Of a stretch of DNA of 64,000 nt, positions 49,095-59,863 are shown in pieces. How positions within the stretch are numbered: position 1 is the stretch's first letter; every line of letters begins with the position of its first letter. The notes beneath the pieces were generated by a model, which had not been told where the DNA came from, made no database searches, and saw only the letters and a program-made list of their open reading frames with translations. This stretch comes from an uncultured delta proteobacterium. Its GTDB lineage: Bacteria > Desulfobacterota > Syntrophobacteria > BM002. The stretch spans positions 61,465 through 125,464 of the forward strand of contig CAVQGX010000021.1 in assembly GCA_963712115.1 (NCBI GenBank), given 5' to 3'. Position numbers and translations under genes: made by a program.

Positions 49095-50258
49095 ATGAGC
49101 ACTGTAAAGATTGGTGTTGTTGGAATCGGAAATTGCGCCAGCTCTTTGATTCAGGGAATTAATTATTACAGAAGCAAAGACAGAGAAAACGCTATCGGTT
49201 TGATGCACTGGGATATAGGTGGATATAGACCATATGATATCGAGGTGGTAGCGGCTTTTGACATTGACCAAAGGAAGGTCGGCAAGGATGTGGCCGAGGC
49301 GATCTTCGCTCCACCCAATTGCACCACAGTCTTTTACAAAGACATTCCCAAGACTGGCGCCACGGTTCAGATGGGTCGAATCCTGGACGGACTTGCGGAG
49401 CACATGCAGAATTATGCTGACAAATACACCTTTGTACCTGCAAAGGAGAAGGAAGCTGAATTAGAGGATGTAGTGCGAATCCTCAAGGAGTCGGGAGCGG
49501 AGATTCTTTTAAACTACCTGCCTGTAGGCTCGGAAGAGGCTACCCGTTTTTACGCTGAATGTGCTCTGGAAGCTGGGATGGGCTTCATCAATAACATGCC
49601 TGTTTTTATCGCCAGTAATCCTTCCTGGGCCAACCGGTTCAAGGAGAGAAATCTTCCCATCATAGGCGATGACATCAAGAGCCAGCTTGGTGCTACCATT
49701 GTTCACCGGATGCTGACCGATCTTTTCAAGAAGCGAGGGGTGAAACTAGAACGCACTTACCAGCTAAATACTGGTGGGAACACCGATTTTCTCAACATGC
49801 TAAACCGTAGTCGTCTCCTTTCCAAGAAGAAATCCAAGACAGAAGCAGTCCAATCGGTGGCGGAAAAGCGTTTGGATGACGAAAACATCCACATTGGACC
49901 GAGCGACTACGTAGCGTGGCAGAAAGATAACAAGATCTGTTTCATTCGCATGGAAGGCAAGCTTTTTGGCAATGTGCCAATGGACTTGGAGTTGCGCCTT
50001 TCAGTGGAGGATTCGCCCAATTCTGCTGGCGTTGGCATTGATGCCATCCGATGCTGCAAACTAGCCCTCAATCGGAATGAAGGCGGCATCCTCTACGGTC
50101 CATCTGCCTACTTCATGAAACACCCGCCGAGACAATACACGGACGAGGAAGCCTATAGAATGACCGAGGCCTTTATTCAAGGAACTTGGGTAAAGAAAAC
50201 CGATGAAACAGTGGATCATCTATCCCGCCAAAGACAGCAGGTGGTGGGAAAAGGTTAA
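49095..50258 (+). CDS. ino1: Myo-inositol-1-phosphate synthase
   Basis: GIGNCASSLIQG, NYLPVGS, GDDIKSQLGAT, QLNTGGNTDFLNM, SKT, EDSPNSAG, YFMKHPP. Confidence 0.95.
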   Translation: MSTVKIGVVGIGNCASSLIQGINYYRSKDRENAIGLMHWDIGGYRPYDIEVVAAFDIDQRKVGKDVAEAIFAPPNCTTVFYKDIPKTGATVQMGRILDGLAEHMQNYADKYTFVPAKEKEAELEDVVRILKESGAEILLNYLPVGSEEATRFYAECALEAGMGFINNMPVFIASNPSWANRFKERNLPIIGDDIKSQLGATIVHRMLTDLFKKRGVKLERTYQLNTGGNTDFLNMLNRSRLLSKKKSKTEAVQSVAEKRLDDENIHIGPSDYVAWQKDNKICFIRMEGKLFGNVPMDLELRLSVEDSPNSAGVGIDAIRCCKLALNRNEGGILYGPSAYFMKHPPRQYTDEEAYRMTEAFIQGTWVKKTDETVDHLSRQRQQVVGKG

Positions 50259-50277
50259 ATTAACTTAATAATGGAGG

Positions 50278-51108
50278 CTAAGCTTTAGCCTTTCCACGGC
50301 TGGTAAGGACCGAGGCGAGCACCTGAGGAAAATCAGTGAAAATGCCGCTTACACCTGCCCGAACCAGTCTCTCCATGGTTTTTCGGTCGTTTATTGTTCG
50401 AACGTTCACCCCGAAGCCCTGCCGCTTTAACTCAGCAATATCAGCCAAACGAATAAAAGTCCTGCGGGGGTGGTAGGTGCGAGCCCCGAGGCGACGGAGT
50501 AATGAGGCTGGTCGCAAGTGAGGTTTAGTGTCTAAAACACCTGTAACTACGTGTGGATAGGAGGCTGCAATTTGGGCTAGATAGTTATGATTGAAGGATG
50601 AAACAAGGACCGTATCTGCCATGTTCAGTTCTTCCACCTGAGCAATTACTCTGTCGACGATTAGATTGTTGCCAGGCCTCATGCCGAGATCTTTTATTTC
50701 GAGGTTGACGAGCCAGTTGTGCTTGCGGGTAAATGAGAGTGCTTGTTCTAGTGTTGGAGCAGGTTCACCCACATAGCCCTCAACATCCTTCTCCGTGACG
50801 ACCCCCGCGGCGATCTGGCCAAAGGGATCTTGTTCCATGAACCAAGAGCCAAAATCAAGTTTGCGGATCTCATCAAGGGTGAACTCATGAACCTGCCAGG
50901 GTCTCCGGTGGGGGAATAGGTCCTCAACATTTGAGGTTCGTTTTAGAGTTGAATCATGAATGATGATAAGTTCATCGTCAGCGGTCAATTGAACGTCCAA
51001 CTCCCACATGTCAGCGCCTACTTCCAAACCCTTACGGGCCGCAGACAGAGTGTTCTCCGGAGCAAGGGAACTGGCGCCACGGTGGGCAATATTGAGGACC
51101 CTATTCAT
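50278..51108 (-). CDS. Glycerophosphodiester phosphodiesterase
   Basis: IAHRGAS..APENT, ELDV, IIHD, NLEIK, SSF, IFTDFP. Confidence 0.92.
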   Translation of the reverse strand: MNRVLNIAHRGASSLAPENTLSAARKGLEVGADMWELDVQLTADDELIIIHDSTLKRTSNVEDLFPHRRPWQVHEFTLDEIRKLDFGSWFMEQDPFGQIAAGVVTEKDVEGYVGEPAPTLEQALSFTRKHNWLVNLEIKDLGMRPGNNLIVDRVIAQVEELNMADTVLVSSFNHNYLAQIAASYPHVVTGVLDTKPHLRPASLLRRLGARTYHPRRTFIRLADIAELKRQGFGVNVRTINDRKTMERLVRAGVSGIFTDFPQVLASVLTSRGKAKA

Positions 51109-51432
51109 GATAATGGTTGAGCCCACTGGGTTTGAACTTCTACGAAAGTAAACTGTAAAATTGAATTTTACCAATTATCATCAAAACCGTTGCCTAATTC
51201 TAGCGGAAAAGGAGTCTCTATGCAGCTTTTATAAGCGGTGTTTTTTAGTATTGCTTTAAAAGATGGCATTATCTTTCTTGGGGCTCGGCATGGTTTCTGC
51301 ACAGATTTTAAAGATATGGGGCAGCACCTATATAGAGATCTTCAGATAAATGCTTTTGACATCAGTTGCCTAGTGTTTTAAAATCCACTTTTTTAACAAA
51401 CTAGAATGGAAGTCTTAATAGAGGTATAAATC

Positions 51433-53833
51433 TTGATAACTTTCAGAGACCATTTTAGACGACCACAACTACCGAGAAGGCGCAAGAGGGGGAAAGTTCG
51501 ATTTATTGTATGGACCTCTTTGATACTTATATCTGTCCTTCTGTTGAGTGGTGCCTACGGGTTCTACCGCATTACTCGTAATCTTCCCCAGATTACTTCT
51601 CTGAGAGACTATCAACCGTCTATAGTCACCACAGTTTATGCTGATGACGACAGCCTCATCGCAGAGTTTTATCTGGAGCGGAGAATAGTTATTCCCCTGG
51701 AGCAGATTCCACAAATATTAATTGAAGCTTTTGTCTCAGCAGAAGATTCCCGGTTTTTTGAACACGAAGGGATTGATTTCCTCGGTATAACTTCGTGCCC
51801 TGTGGAAAAACATCAAGGCACGTGGCATTGTCCAGGGCGGGAGCACCATAACCCAGCAAGTCACTAAATCCTTGCTGTTGAGCCCTGAGAGAAGTTTTAC
51901 TCGTAAACTCAGAGAGGCAATCCTTGCCTATCGCATCGAAAAATACCTGTCTAAACAAGAAATCCTTTTCTTATACCTGAATCAAATCTATCTTGGCCAC
52001 GGTGCTTACGGCGTGCAAGCTGCGGCGCAGAATTACTTCGGGAAAAACGTGGAGGAGCTCAATCTTGCCGAATGTGCCACCCTCGCAGGATTGCCTCAAG
52101 CGCCTAGTCGATATTCACCTTACAGTCACCCGGAGAGGGCAAAAGAGAGGCAGGTATATGTCTTAAACAGGATGGTGGCGGATGGCTATATTACTACCAA
52201 CCAGGCCGCCGAAGCCCTGGCCTATGAGTTGGATATCAAGAAGCGAACAGACTGGGATATCAGCAGTGTCCCCAGTTTTTCCGAGCATATCCGGCGTTAC
52301 CTAGAGGAAAAATACGGAGAAGAGGCTCTCTATCGTCAGGGTTTAAGGGTTTACACCACTGTTAATGTACCCTTTCAAGAAGCGGCGCAAAAAGCCGTTG
52401 AAAAAGGTCTCTACGAATTGGACAAACGGCAGGGTTACAGAGGACCCCTTAAGCAGCTAGCACCAGAGGAGATCGAGTCATTCTTCAAGGACTTGCAAGA
52501 GTCGGGTGAAGAGAGGCAACTTGAAAAAGGGGCTGTGGTCAAGGGAGTGGTAATTGCAGTCTCCAGAGAAGAAAAAACCGTGTCAGTGCGGCTGAATGGC
52601 ACTTTGGGAACTCTGCCGCTGGCAAACATGGAGTGGGCTCGCAAGCCCGATCCAGAGATAGCCTACGGCACCGTGAAGGTTAGCGACCCCGCAAAGGTGC
52701 TCAGGGTAGGAGATGTCATCCTGGTACGCTTGCTGGAGGAGGACAGCAAGACCAAGGGCTGGATTCTTGCTCTAGAGCAGGAACCGGAGGTCCAGGGTGC
52801 CTTGCTCTGTATGGAAAACTCTACGGGACACGTTAAAGCAATGGTGGGCGGACTGGATTACAAGTTAAGCCAGTTCAATCGTGCTATTCAATCTCGACGT
52901 CAGCCCGGTTCGGCTTTTAAACCCTTTACTTATGCGGCGGCACTGGATAAGGGCTACACTCCAGCTACCATCATCATCGATTCGCCGATTATTTACACTG
53001 ACGAGGAGATGGACTTTAAGTGGAAGCCTAAGAATTATAAAGAAAAATTCTATGGGCCCACCCTGCTCCGCACTGCTTTGATCTTCTCCCGGAACGTGGT
53101 GACCATCAAGATCCTGCGAGATATTGGCATCGATTATGTCATTGACTATGCAAGACGTTTTGGCATCACCTCACCTCTATCTCGGGACTTATCACTGGCT
53201 CTGGGCTCTTCAGGGGTCTCTCTCCTGGAACTTACCAATGCCTATTCAGTGTTCGCTAATCTGGGTGAGTTGGTGAGTCCTATCTTTATCACCAGGGTTT
53301 TGGACCGCCATGGCAATATCTTAGAGGAGCACACAACTCAAAGGGAGCGAGTTCTCGAAAAAGACACAGCCTACGTCATGACCCATTTGCTTCAAGAGGT
53401 GGTCAAGTACGGCACCGGCTGGCGGGCTCGGGCCCTCAAGCGCCCGGCAGCAGGCAAGACTGGAACGACCAATAAACTTCAAGATGCCTGGTACATCGGT
53501 TTTACCCCCGATTACGTTACTGGAGTCTGGGTAGGATTTGACGACGATAGGACCCTGGGCAAGTTTGAGACCGGATCCAGATCAGCCAGTCCCATTTGGG
53601 TGACTTTCACTACGGATATCCTTAAGAACAAGCCGGTGAACGTCTTCACAGTGCCGGAGAATGTTGTGTTCGCAAAAATAGACCCGAAAACAGGACTGCT
53701 AGCCAAACCTGGCGACGAAAACGCGGTTTTTGAAGCGTTTAAGGAAGGAACAGCCCCTACCGAAACCACTGAAGGATCCGCACCTACCGAGGATGATTTT
53801 TTCAAGGGTGACCTGGATGCGGAACCCATGTAG
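51433..53833 (+). CDS. mrcA: Penicillin-binding protein 1A with a +1 frameshift at 51789-51790 (probable sequence error)
   Basis: EDSRFFEHEGID; GGSTITQQ and RKLRE after removing one A; transpeptidase motifs GSAFKP, SRN, KTG. Confidence 0.88.
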
Positions 53834-53885
53834 GGTTTAGCCCTATATATCTCCCTCCTTTAAGATCACAAATCTGAGTCTTAGC

Positions 53886-53925
53886 CACAGTGACGCGGAG
53901 ACAAGGCGATGCGGGGACGCGGTGA
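53886..53925. repeat. 8-bp-periodic tandem array
   Basis: CACAGTGA CGCGGAGA CAAGGCGA TGCGGGGA CGCGGTGA. Confidence 0.6.
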
Positions 53926-53972
53926 TTACTACTCATGCTGATTATTCCCACATTGTCGATTTCGGAATAAAT

Positions 53973-55871
53973 ATGAAGGAAATCTTCGGTAAAGATGGTC
54001 TGTTGAGTCGGGTTCTTGAAGACTACGAATATCGTCCCGTGCAGGAGACCATGGCTCTGGAGGTGAAGGGGGCCATTGGCGAAGGGCGAGCCAGCATAAT
54101 AGAGGCTGGCACGGGCACAGGGAAAACCCTCGCCTATCTCATTCCAGCTGTGCTGAGCCAGAAAAAAACGATCATCTCCACAGGGACAAAAACACTTCAA
54201 GATCAATTGTTAGACCAGGATATTCCTTTCCTCAAAAAACACATACCACAACCATTTAGGGCGGTATGTATGAAGGGTAGGGCAAATTACCTCTGCCTTT
54301 ACCGTTTTCATCGTTCTATCGAGCAGCCAGAGCTACTTCCGGATGATGGCAAGTGGTTGACTAAAGCGTTAATTGACTGGGCTCAAAAGACTACCAGTGG
54401 AGATCGAGCGGAAATCCATTGGCTTCCTGATGATTTTGCTGGATGGGAGCCAGTGAGCGCTCGAGGGGATCGGTGTTTGGGGCAGAAATGTCCAATGTTT
54501 GAGCAATGCTTCCTGACCAATTTGCGGCAGCAGGCAGCTAGTGCAGAGATCGTCGTGGTCAATCATCACCTATTTTTCGCGGATCTGGCTGTAAGATCCG
54601 GTGGATACGGGCAGGTGATTCCCCCCTATGAGGTGGTGATATTTGACGAGGCGCACCTTCTGGAAGAGACGGCAAACAGCTATTTCAGCATCCAAGTGAG
54701 CAGCTATCGTTTGCTTGAGCTTCTCCGTGATATCTCAGGAGAGATGGCCGCAGCAAAAAGCCAGAATAGGTCCCTTTCCCGTTCACTGCAGAATCTTGGC
54801 AGGTTGGCCGTGCAGTTTTTTGAGGGGTTCCCTGCAAGCGACAAGAGACTGCGTCTACAACCCGAAACTTTTCCGCAAGAAGTTAACCAACGGTGGTCGG
54901 AGCTGAGTCTGAGTTTGGATCAGCTAATCGCCGAACTCTTTGGCCAAAAAGACCTGAGTGAGGGGCTGTCTTCCTGCCATGGGCGAGCCTTGGAAATCAA
55001 GCAGGCCCTTGAACTGATAATTGACCAAAGCGATCCAAATTACGTCTACTGGTACGAAACCAGAGGTAGGGGCAAGTTTCTCTGGGCCTCGCCAGTACAA
55101 GTGGCACCGATTCTAGAGGAACTCCTCTTCCACCGAGCCAAGCCATACATTTTTACCTCCGCCACCCTTGCTGTAGGGAAGAGTCTCGAATTTTTCAAAA
55201 AGAGGCTCGGGCTGCCGCCAGAAACCAAGGGTTTGATCCTGGATACTCCCTTTTACTATCGTGAACAAGCGTTGATTTACCTGCCCAAGCACTTACCGTT
55301 GCCGGATTCGCCCAATTTTGTTCCAGCTCTAACTAATGAATTAGCAGCTATCTTGGCAGAGACCGGAGGGCGAGCATTCATTCTTTTTACCAGCCATCGC
55401 AATCTGCGGGAGGTATATTCTCGGCTGAGCCAGATGAATCGTTTCACTTTGCTGGTTCAGGGAGAACAGCCAAAGGCCACCTTGCTCAAACGCTTCCGCG
55501 ACGATACCTCCTCGGTGCTTCTCGGTACAGCCTCCTTCTGGCAGGGGGTTGACATGCCTGGAGAGACTCTGAGCTGTGTGATCATCGACAAATTGCCTTT
55601 CGCACCTCCCGATGACCCACTGGTGGCTGCCCGTCTGGAGAAGATTGTTGAAGCAGGGGGGAATCCATTCTGGGACTACCAGGTGCCCAGTGCTGTGCTC
55701 ACTCTCAGGCAGGGGCTAGGTAGGCTGATTCGCAGGGCCACTGACACAGGAGTTCTAGCCGTTCTGGACAGCCGTCTGTTCAAGAGATCCTACGGGAAGA
55801 TATTTCTCGATAGCCTACCGGAAAGTACTATCACCCACCAGCGCGAAGATATTGGCAAATTCCTATCCTAA
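53973..55871 (+). CDS. DinG/YoaA-family Fe-S ATP-dependent DNA helicase
   Basis: EAGTGTGKTLAY, KGRANYLC, VVNHHL, FDEAH, TSATL, FWQGVD, KLPF, QGLGRLIR. Confidence 0.93.
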   Translation: MKEIFGKDGLLSRVLEDYEYRPVQETMALEVKGAIGEGRASIIEAGTGTGKTLAYLIPAVLSQKKTIISTGTKTLQDQLLDQDIPFLKKHIPQPFRAVCMKGRANYLCLYRFHRSIEQPELLPDDGKWLTKALIDWAQKTTSGDRAEIHWLPDDFAGWEPVSARGDRCLGQKCPMFEQCFLTNLRQQAASAEIVVVNHHLFFADLAVRSGGYGQVIPPYEVVIFDEAHLLEETANSYFSIQVSSYRLLELLRDISGEMAAAKSQNRSLSRSLQNLGRLAVQFFEGFPASDKRLRLQPETFPQEVNQRWSELSLSLDQLIAELFGQKDLSEGLSSCHGRALEIKQALELIIDQSDPNYVYWYETRGRGKFLWASPVQVAPILEELLFHRAKPYIFTSATLAVGKSLEFFKKRLGLPPETKGLILDTPFYYREQALIYLPKHLPLPDSPNFVPALTNELAAILAETGGRAFILFTSHRNLREVYSRLSQMNRFTLLVQGEQPKATLLKRFRDDTSSVLLGTASFWQGVDMPGETLSCVIIDKLPFAPPDDPLVAARLEKIVEAGGNPFWDYQVPSAVLTLRQGLGRLIRRATDTGVLAVLDSRLFKRSYGKIFLDSLPESTITHQREDIGKFLS

Positions 55872-57304
55872 CAGCATCCCTTTTGTCGGCTTTCGGGAAG
55901 ATAGATGCGAACCACGGTCCCCTTGCCTAACTCGGAGTCAACCACAACCAAGCCATTGTGGTTCTTTACTATGCCATACACCGCGGCCATACCCAGGCCG
56001 CGCCCCTGAAATTTCGTGGTGAAAAAGGGCTCGAACACTCTAATTCGGGTTTCCTCGCTCATGCCACAGCCGTTGTCCTCGACTGTAAGAGATATATAGG
56101 AACCCGGTTTGAGATCGGGGTGGCCTTTGGCAAACTCTCCGTCGATCTGCTCCCGTCTAATGGTAAGTCGAATACAACCTGCATCTTCTATGGCCTCTAC
56201 CGCATTCACCATAACGGCCAGGAGGACCATCTGCATCTGGGTGAGATCGGCCTCCACATAGTAAGAATCCTCAGCGAGATCGGTCTCCACCACGATACCA
56301 GCTTTAATGACATGCTTCATAAAAGGGAGGGTGTCCTGCACAAGCTTATTCAAGGATATTTGCTGGGGTCTATATTTCCCCCCTCGGGCATAGGCCAGCA
56401 ATTGACTGGTCAAGTGAGCCATTCGTTGAGCGGAGGTGTGAATCGGCTGTGTGTGCTTGTTTATCTCCTCGTTGTCGGGAAGCTTGCTCTTGAGCAGGTC
56501 AATATTTGGAATAACCGCACATAAGGCGTTGTTGAACTCGTGGGCAATCCCACCGGCCAGGGTGGCGATAGCCTCCATCTTTTGGGCTTCTTGCAGCCGG
56601 GCTTGAATATTCTTGCGCTCAGTAGTGGTTTTCTTTTCTCTAAACAAAGTAATGCTGATTACAGACAAAAGAGCAAAGGCTAGTCCAAACAAAACCATGG
56701 AAGAACGAGATAAAAGAGAGTCAAGTTCAGCTTTTTTGGCCGTGATGTCGTAGTAGATTTCAAAGGCACCCAGAAAGTCTTTATCCTTCATCAATGGCAC
56801 GTAGGTTTCTACCACATCCGCCGGCATCTTCTGCCCTTCAAGGGATTCACTATCCTTTTGTATGACCTCTGCATGAATCTTCCCCTTAGCCACGATCTCG
56901 TGAAAGTATCTTTTGTCGTTTATATCTCCAATATCTTTAGAATCAGAGGAAAATATTACCTCTCCCGATTTTGAAAAGAATTTCAATTTAATCAGGTCAA
57001 AATCATCTCTCACTTTTCTTAGTTGCTCTATCTCGTCTGATAGATGAGCCTGTAACATATTTTTTGTTAGTTCAGTCTCTTTGGAAACGAGAATAGACGA
57101 CAGATGTCTTGCTATTCGGATGGCGTCATCTCTTTTATCTCTAGTGAGCAATCTGTTAAACGCAGGATAGATGAAAAGAATATCGTAAAGGGGTAGGACT
57201 ATTACAATCACCAAAGAGACGAACAAGATGTTTCTTAAGAAAGGTACCTTGAGAATATTGTTTTCAGATATTGTTCTGAGTAATTTCTTCACATTAAAAC
57301 ACAT
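55868..57304 (-). CDS. Membrane sensor histidine kinase (no receiver domain)
   Basis: Two TM segments; AGGIAHEFNN H-box, N-box, EDNGCGM, FEPFFTTK, GRGLG, GKGT. Confidence 0.92.
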   Translation of the reverse strand: MCFNVKKLLRTISENNILKVPFLRNILFVSLVIVIVLPLYDILFIYPAFNRLLTRDKRDDAIRIARHLSSILVSKETELTKNMLQAHLSDEIEQLRKVRDDFDLIKLKFFSKSGEVIFSSDSKDIGDINDKRYFHEIVAKGKIHAEVIQKDSESLEGQKMPADVVETYVPLMKDKDFLGAFEIYYDITAKKAELDSLLSRSSMVLFGLAFALLSVISITLFREKKTTTERKNIQARLQEAQKMEAIATLAGGIAHEFNNALCAVIPNIDLLKSKLPDNEEINKHTQPIHTSAQRMAHLTSQLLAYARGGKYRPQQISLNKLVQDTLPFMKHVIKAGIVVETDLAEDSYYVEADLTQMQMVLLAVMVNAVEAIEDAGCIRLTIRREQIDGEFAKGHPDLKPGSYISLTVEDNGCGMSEETRIRVFEPFFTTKFQGRGLGMAAVYGIVKNHNGLVVVDSELGKGTVVRIYLPESRQKGCC

Positions 57305-57430
57305 GCCCCCTAATTTCTCATTCCAGCTTTCCAGCGAAAAAACTTATTCAAGAATCTTGCCAATCTTGAGGAAATTGGTAGGAAAAGTAACTTTTGGATT
57401 ATTGGAGTAGTGGAGATGGAGGAAGGCAAA

Positions 57431-59842
57431 TTAAAATCGGTAGGTAACCCTCAGGTAGACAATATTGACCTCGTAGTCTTCCGGAAGGGTGCCCATGAGA
57501 TAAGCACCATTAGAATCGCCACCTGAGTCAGTGGGGACATTGGTAAAATCATCCTTGTTGTAGTCGTCATAGTCGAACTTTTCATACATATAGCCTAGGG
57601 TAAACACCAGAGGTTTCCAGGCAGTGTAATTTAATTTCGTCTCCAGGATATGGATTGTTGTCTCATCCACGGTGTTGAAATCATCAGTATCCGCAGCGGG
57701 GGTGTAAAAATCGATCTTGCCGTCAACCTCTGAAAAGGAATAGGAGATGTCAAGGTCGAGCTTCTCGGGAATGAGGACAGCCTGCACCCCCGCGCCCACG
57801 GTGTTGACAATATCTTCGCTTCTGGAAAACCAGTCACCGTCCACTACCGGCGAGCTTGGTACTTCGCCAAAATCCTTCTGCCGGTTCTTGTAGTATTCAT
57901 AGCTGTAAAAACCATGGAGATTCAATCTGTCCGAGACATTGTAATCTGCCTCCAAGGTGAGGATGTAGTGTTTGTCTTCGAGGAGCCCGTAGGGCGAGTC
58001 ATCGAAGTCATCCTCTCCGTAGGTAAAAGAGGTGCTCAAGGCGACGGGTTCCCAGGGGTAGACCGTGGCCTGGAACCGAAACCTGTCCCTGGTCATGTCT
58101 GCCTGGTCATATTTCCTCAGCCCAGGCAACTGCTCGAGATCTTGGCCACTTTCGAGATATAGGTCAAAATCATAATCACCAATGTCTCTTTCGGTCCTCT
58201 GGTAGGAAGCCCTGAGGTCCAGCCAGGAGAAAGGGCTGCTGTCAAGTGAACCAGCGAATATTTGATCGTCCTGTTTGTCTACCTCCCTGTTTGTTCTCTC
58301 GGTCTGCTCAAAGGTGTACCCCAGGGTGAGCCTGGTTTTTTTGAACAGATCGAAGCCCAAGTCTCCCCCTGCAGTGGTTTTCTTGTAACTCGTGGGGAGG
58401 TTTACAATACTGCTGGCACCAGGGGCGTCTGGAGTAACGAAAAAATCATCAGCGGGCACAAAACCGGGAAAATTTATCTGGTCTGTGTTGTTGTCGTATT
58501 CAAAGTAGCGGAACTTACCCTTTAGATGGACAAATTTTACTGGACTCGAGGTGAGCAGGACGTGGTAAAGGGAGGTGTTCACCTCGGCATCGGCGCTTTT
58601 TTCGGGAAGACTGTTGGGGTCCGAAGCATCTCCGCCGGTAGGTGTGGTGAGGGCGGTATTGGTGGTGTAGGGTACCAGATCATCATCCTGGATCATCCAG
58701 CCCCACGAGGCAGTGGCAGAGACCCGGGTCTTTAGGGGAATATTCATGTATGAACCAGAAACCGACAGGTTGTGATAGTGGTTGTCCGGAGCGAGGTCTA
58801 TCAAGCCCTGGGCTGCTGCTCCCACGGTGTCGGTTGCCCTGAAAGGGTTATCCCATGTCAGGGTATCGGTATTGTTTTCGAAGAGGGAAAAATAATAGCT
58901 AAGATTAAAAAAGAATGGTTTTTTGGCGTACTCACCAATGAATTTCACCTCAGTTGTGTCGTAATCTATGGGCTCGGGTATCTCCACGGCATCATCGAGG
59001 CCGAATGAACCAAAAAACGGCCTGGTGCCATCTTTGTGTTCCCTGCCAAACTCAACCCGGAAGTTAAGTGGATCATAGGCCGCAACCTCAGCACTCACCT
59101 CTACTTTTTTTCTCTCGAGCTCGATATCCACGGACTTTGCATTGGCTGAGAGTGCGTTTAACCGATTCGCCCGGTCCGGGAAAAGGACATCTTGTTTGGT
59201 TCCCCTCAAGGTCAGGTCGCCACTGCCGGTTCCGGAATAAATCGTCTCGGCATCATCTGCGAACCGGTGGGTAAGCTCATCATAGCTGGCTTCTATTTTG
59301 AACTTTCCGTACCTGCCACCAGCAGCCGTGTAGTGCTGGTCGTCCCTGCCTATATTATTGCCGGTGACCTCCAAGAAGTACTCATCTTTCTTGTCGTATT
59401 TGACCTTGAGATCTCCGTAGACAGGTGTATCCAGATCCCTGTATTCTTGAGCCTTTGCCGAGTCATCCTCGCCGTCAGTGATTCTACCGGCAACTCCTAC
59501 TTCACCCGAAAAAGTACCAGGAACTCTCTGCCTGGCAACCCCGGTAACACCCACAGCATCGAGAGCGGCCGAAACATCCCTGCCGGTACCCAAGATAAAG
59601 CCACCTCCCAGTTCTTTAGGTAACTCTATGAGAACGATGTGGTTTAAAGCTCCCGCAGGAGGGTATTTAATCACAAAGATACCCGGCTGTTTTTTAAGCA
59701 TCTCCATCTGTTCGGAGCTGATTTCCACCTTTTTACCCGAGGGCAACCTCACTGGAGCTGCCAGTGCAGGCCCGGTCAGAAACAGGACGAGCAAGAAGCT
59801 CACGAACTTCAAGAGCACCGCTTGATTTCGACCCCCAAACAT
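57431..59842 (-). CDS. mtrB: MtrB/PioB-family decaheme-associated outer-membrane beta-barrel
   Basis: SAKAQEYRD, EPIDYDT, SLFEN, WDNPF, APDNHYH, LRKYDQAD; C-terminal YRF; follows the decaheme gene. Confidence 0.88.
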   Translation of the reverse strand: MFGGRNQAVLLKFVSFLLVLFLTGPALAAPVRLPSGKKVEISSEQMEMLKKQPGIFVIKYPPAGALNHIVLIELPKELGGGFILGTGRDVSAALDAVGVTGVARQRVPGTFSGEVGVAGRITDGEDDSAKAQEYRDLDTPVYGDLKVKYDKKDEYFLEVTGNNIGRDDQHYTAAGGRYGKFKIEASYDELTHRFADDAETIYSGTGSGDLTLRGTKQDVLFPDRANRLNALSANAKSVDIELERKKVEVSAEVAAYDPLNFRVEFGREHKDGTRPFFGSFGLDDAVEIPEPIDYDTTEVKFIGEYAKKPFFFNLSYYFSLFENNTDTLTWDNPFRATDTVGAAAQGLIDLAPDNHYHNLSVSGSYMNIPLKTRVSATASWGWMIQDDDLVPYTTNTALTTPTGGDASDPNSLPEKSADAEVNTSLYHVLLTSSPVKFVHLKGKFRYFEYDNNTDQINFPGFVPADDFFVTPDAPGASSIVNLPTSYKKTTAGGDLGFDLFKKTRLTLGYTFEQTERTNREVDKQDDQIFAGSLDSSPFSWLDLRASYQRTERDIGDYDFDLYLESGQDLEQLPGLRKYDQADMTRDRFRFQATVYPWEPVALSTSFTYGEDDFDDSPYGLLEDKHYILTLEADYNVSDRLNLHGFYSYEYYKNRQKDFGEVPSSPVVDGDWFSRSEDIVNTVGAGVQAVLIPEKLDLDISYSFSEVDGKIDFYTPAADTDDFNTVDETTIHILETKLNYTAWKPLVFTLGYMYEKFDYDDYNKDDFTNVPTDSGGDSNGAYLMGTLPEDYEVNIVYLRVTYRF

Positions 59843-59863
59843 ACCTGAACTCCTCGACGCAGT

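Noticed and set aside
51286-51301. Sigma-54-like CGGCATGGTTTCTGCA upstream of PBP1A
   Set aside because: Only the GG/GC spacing matches well; such matches arise by chance and there is no supporting evidence.
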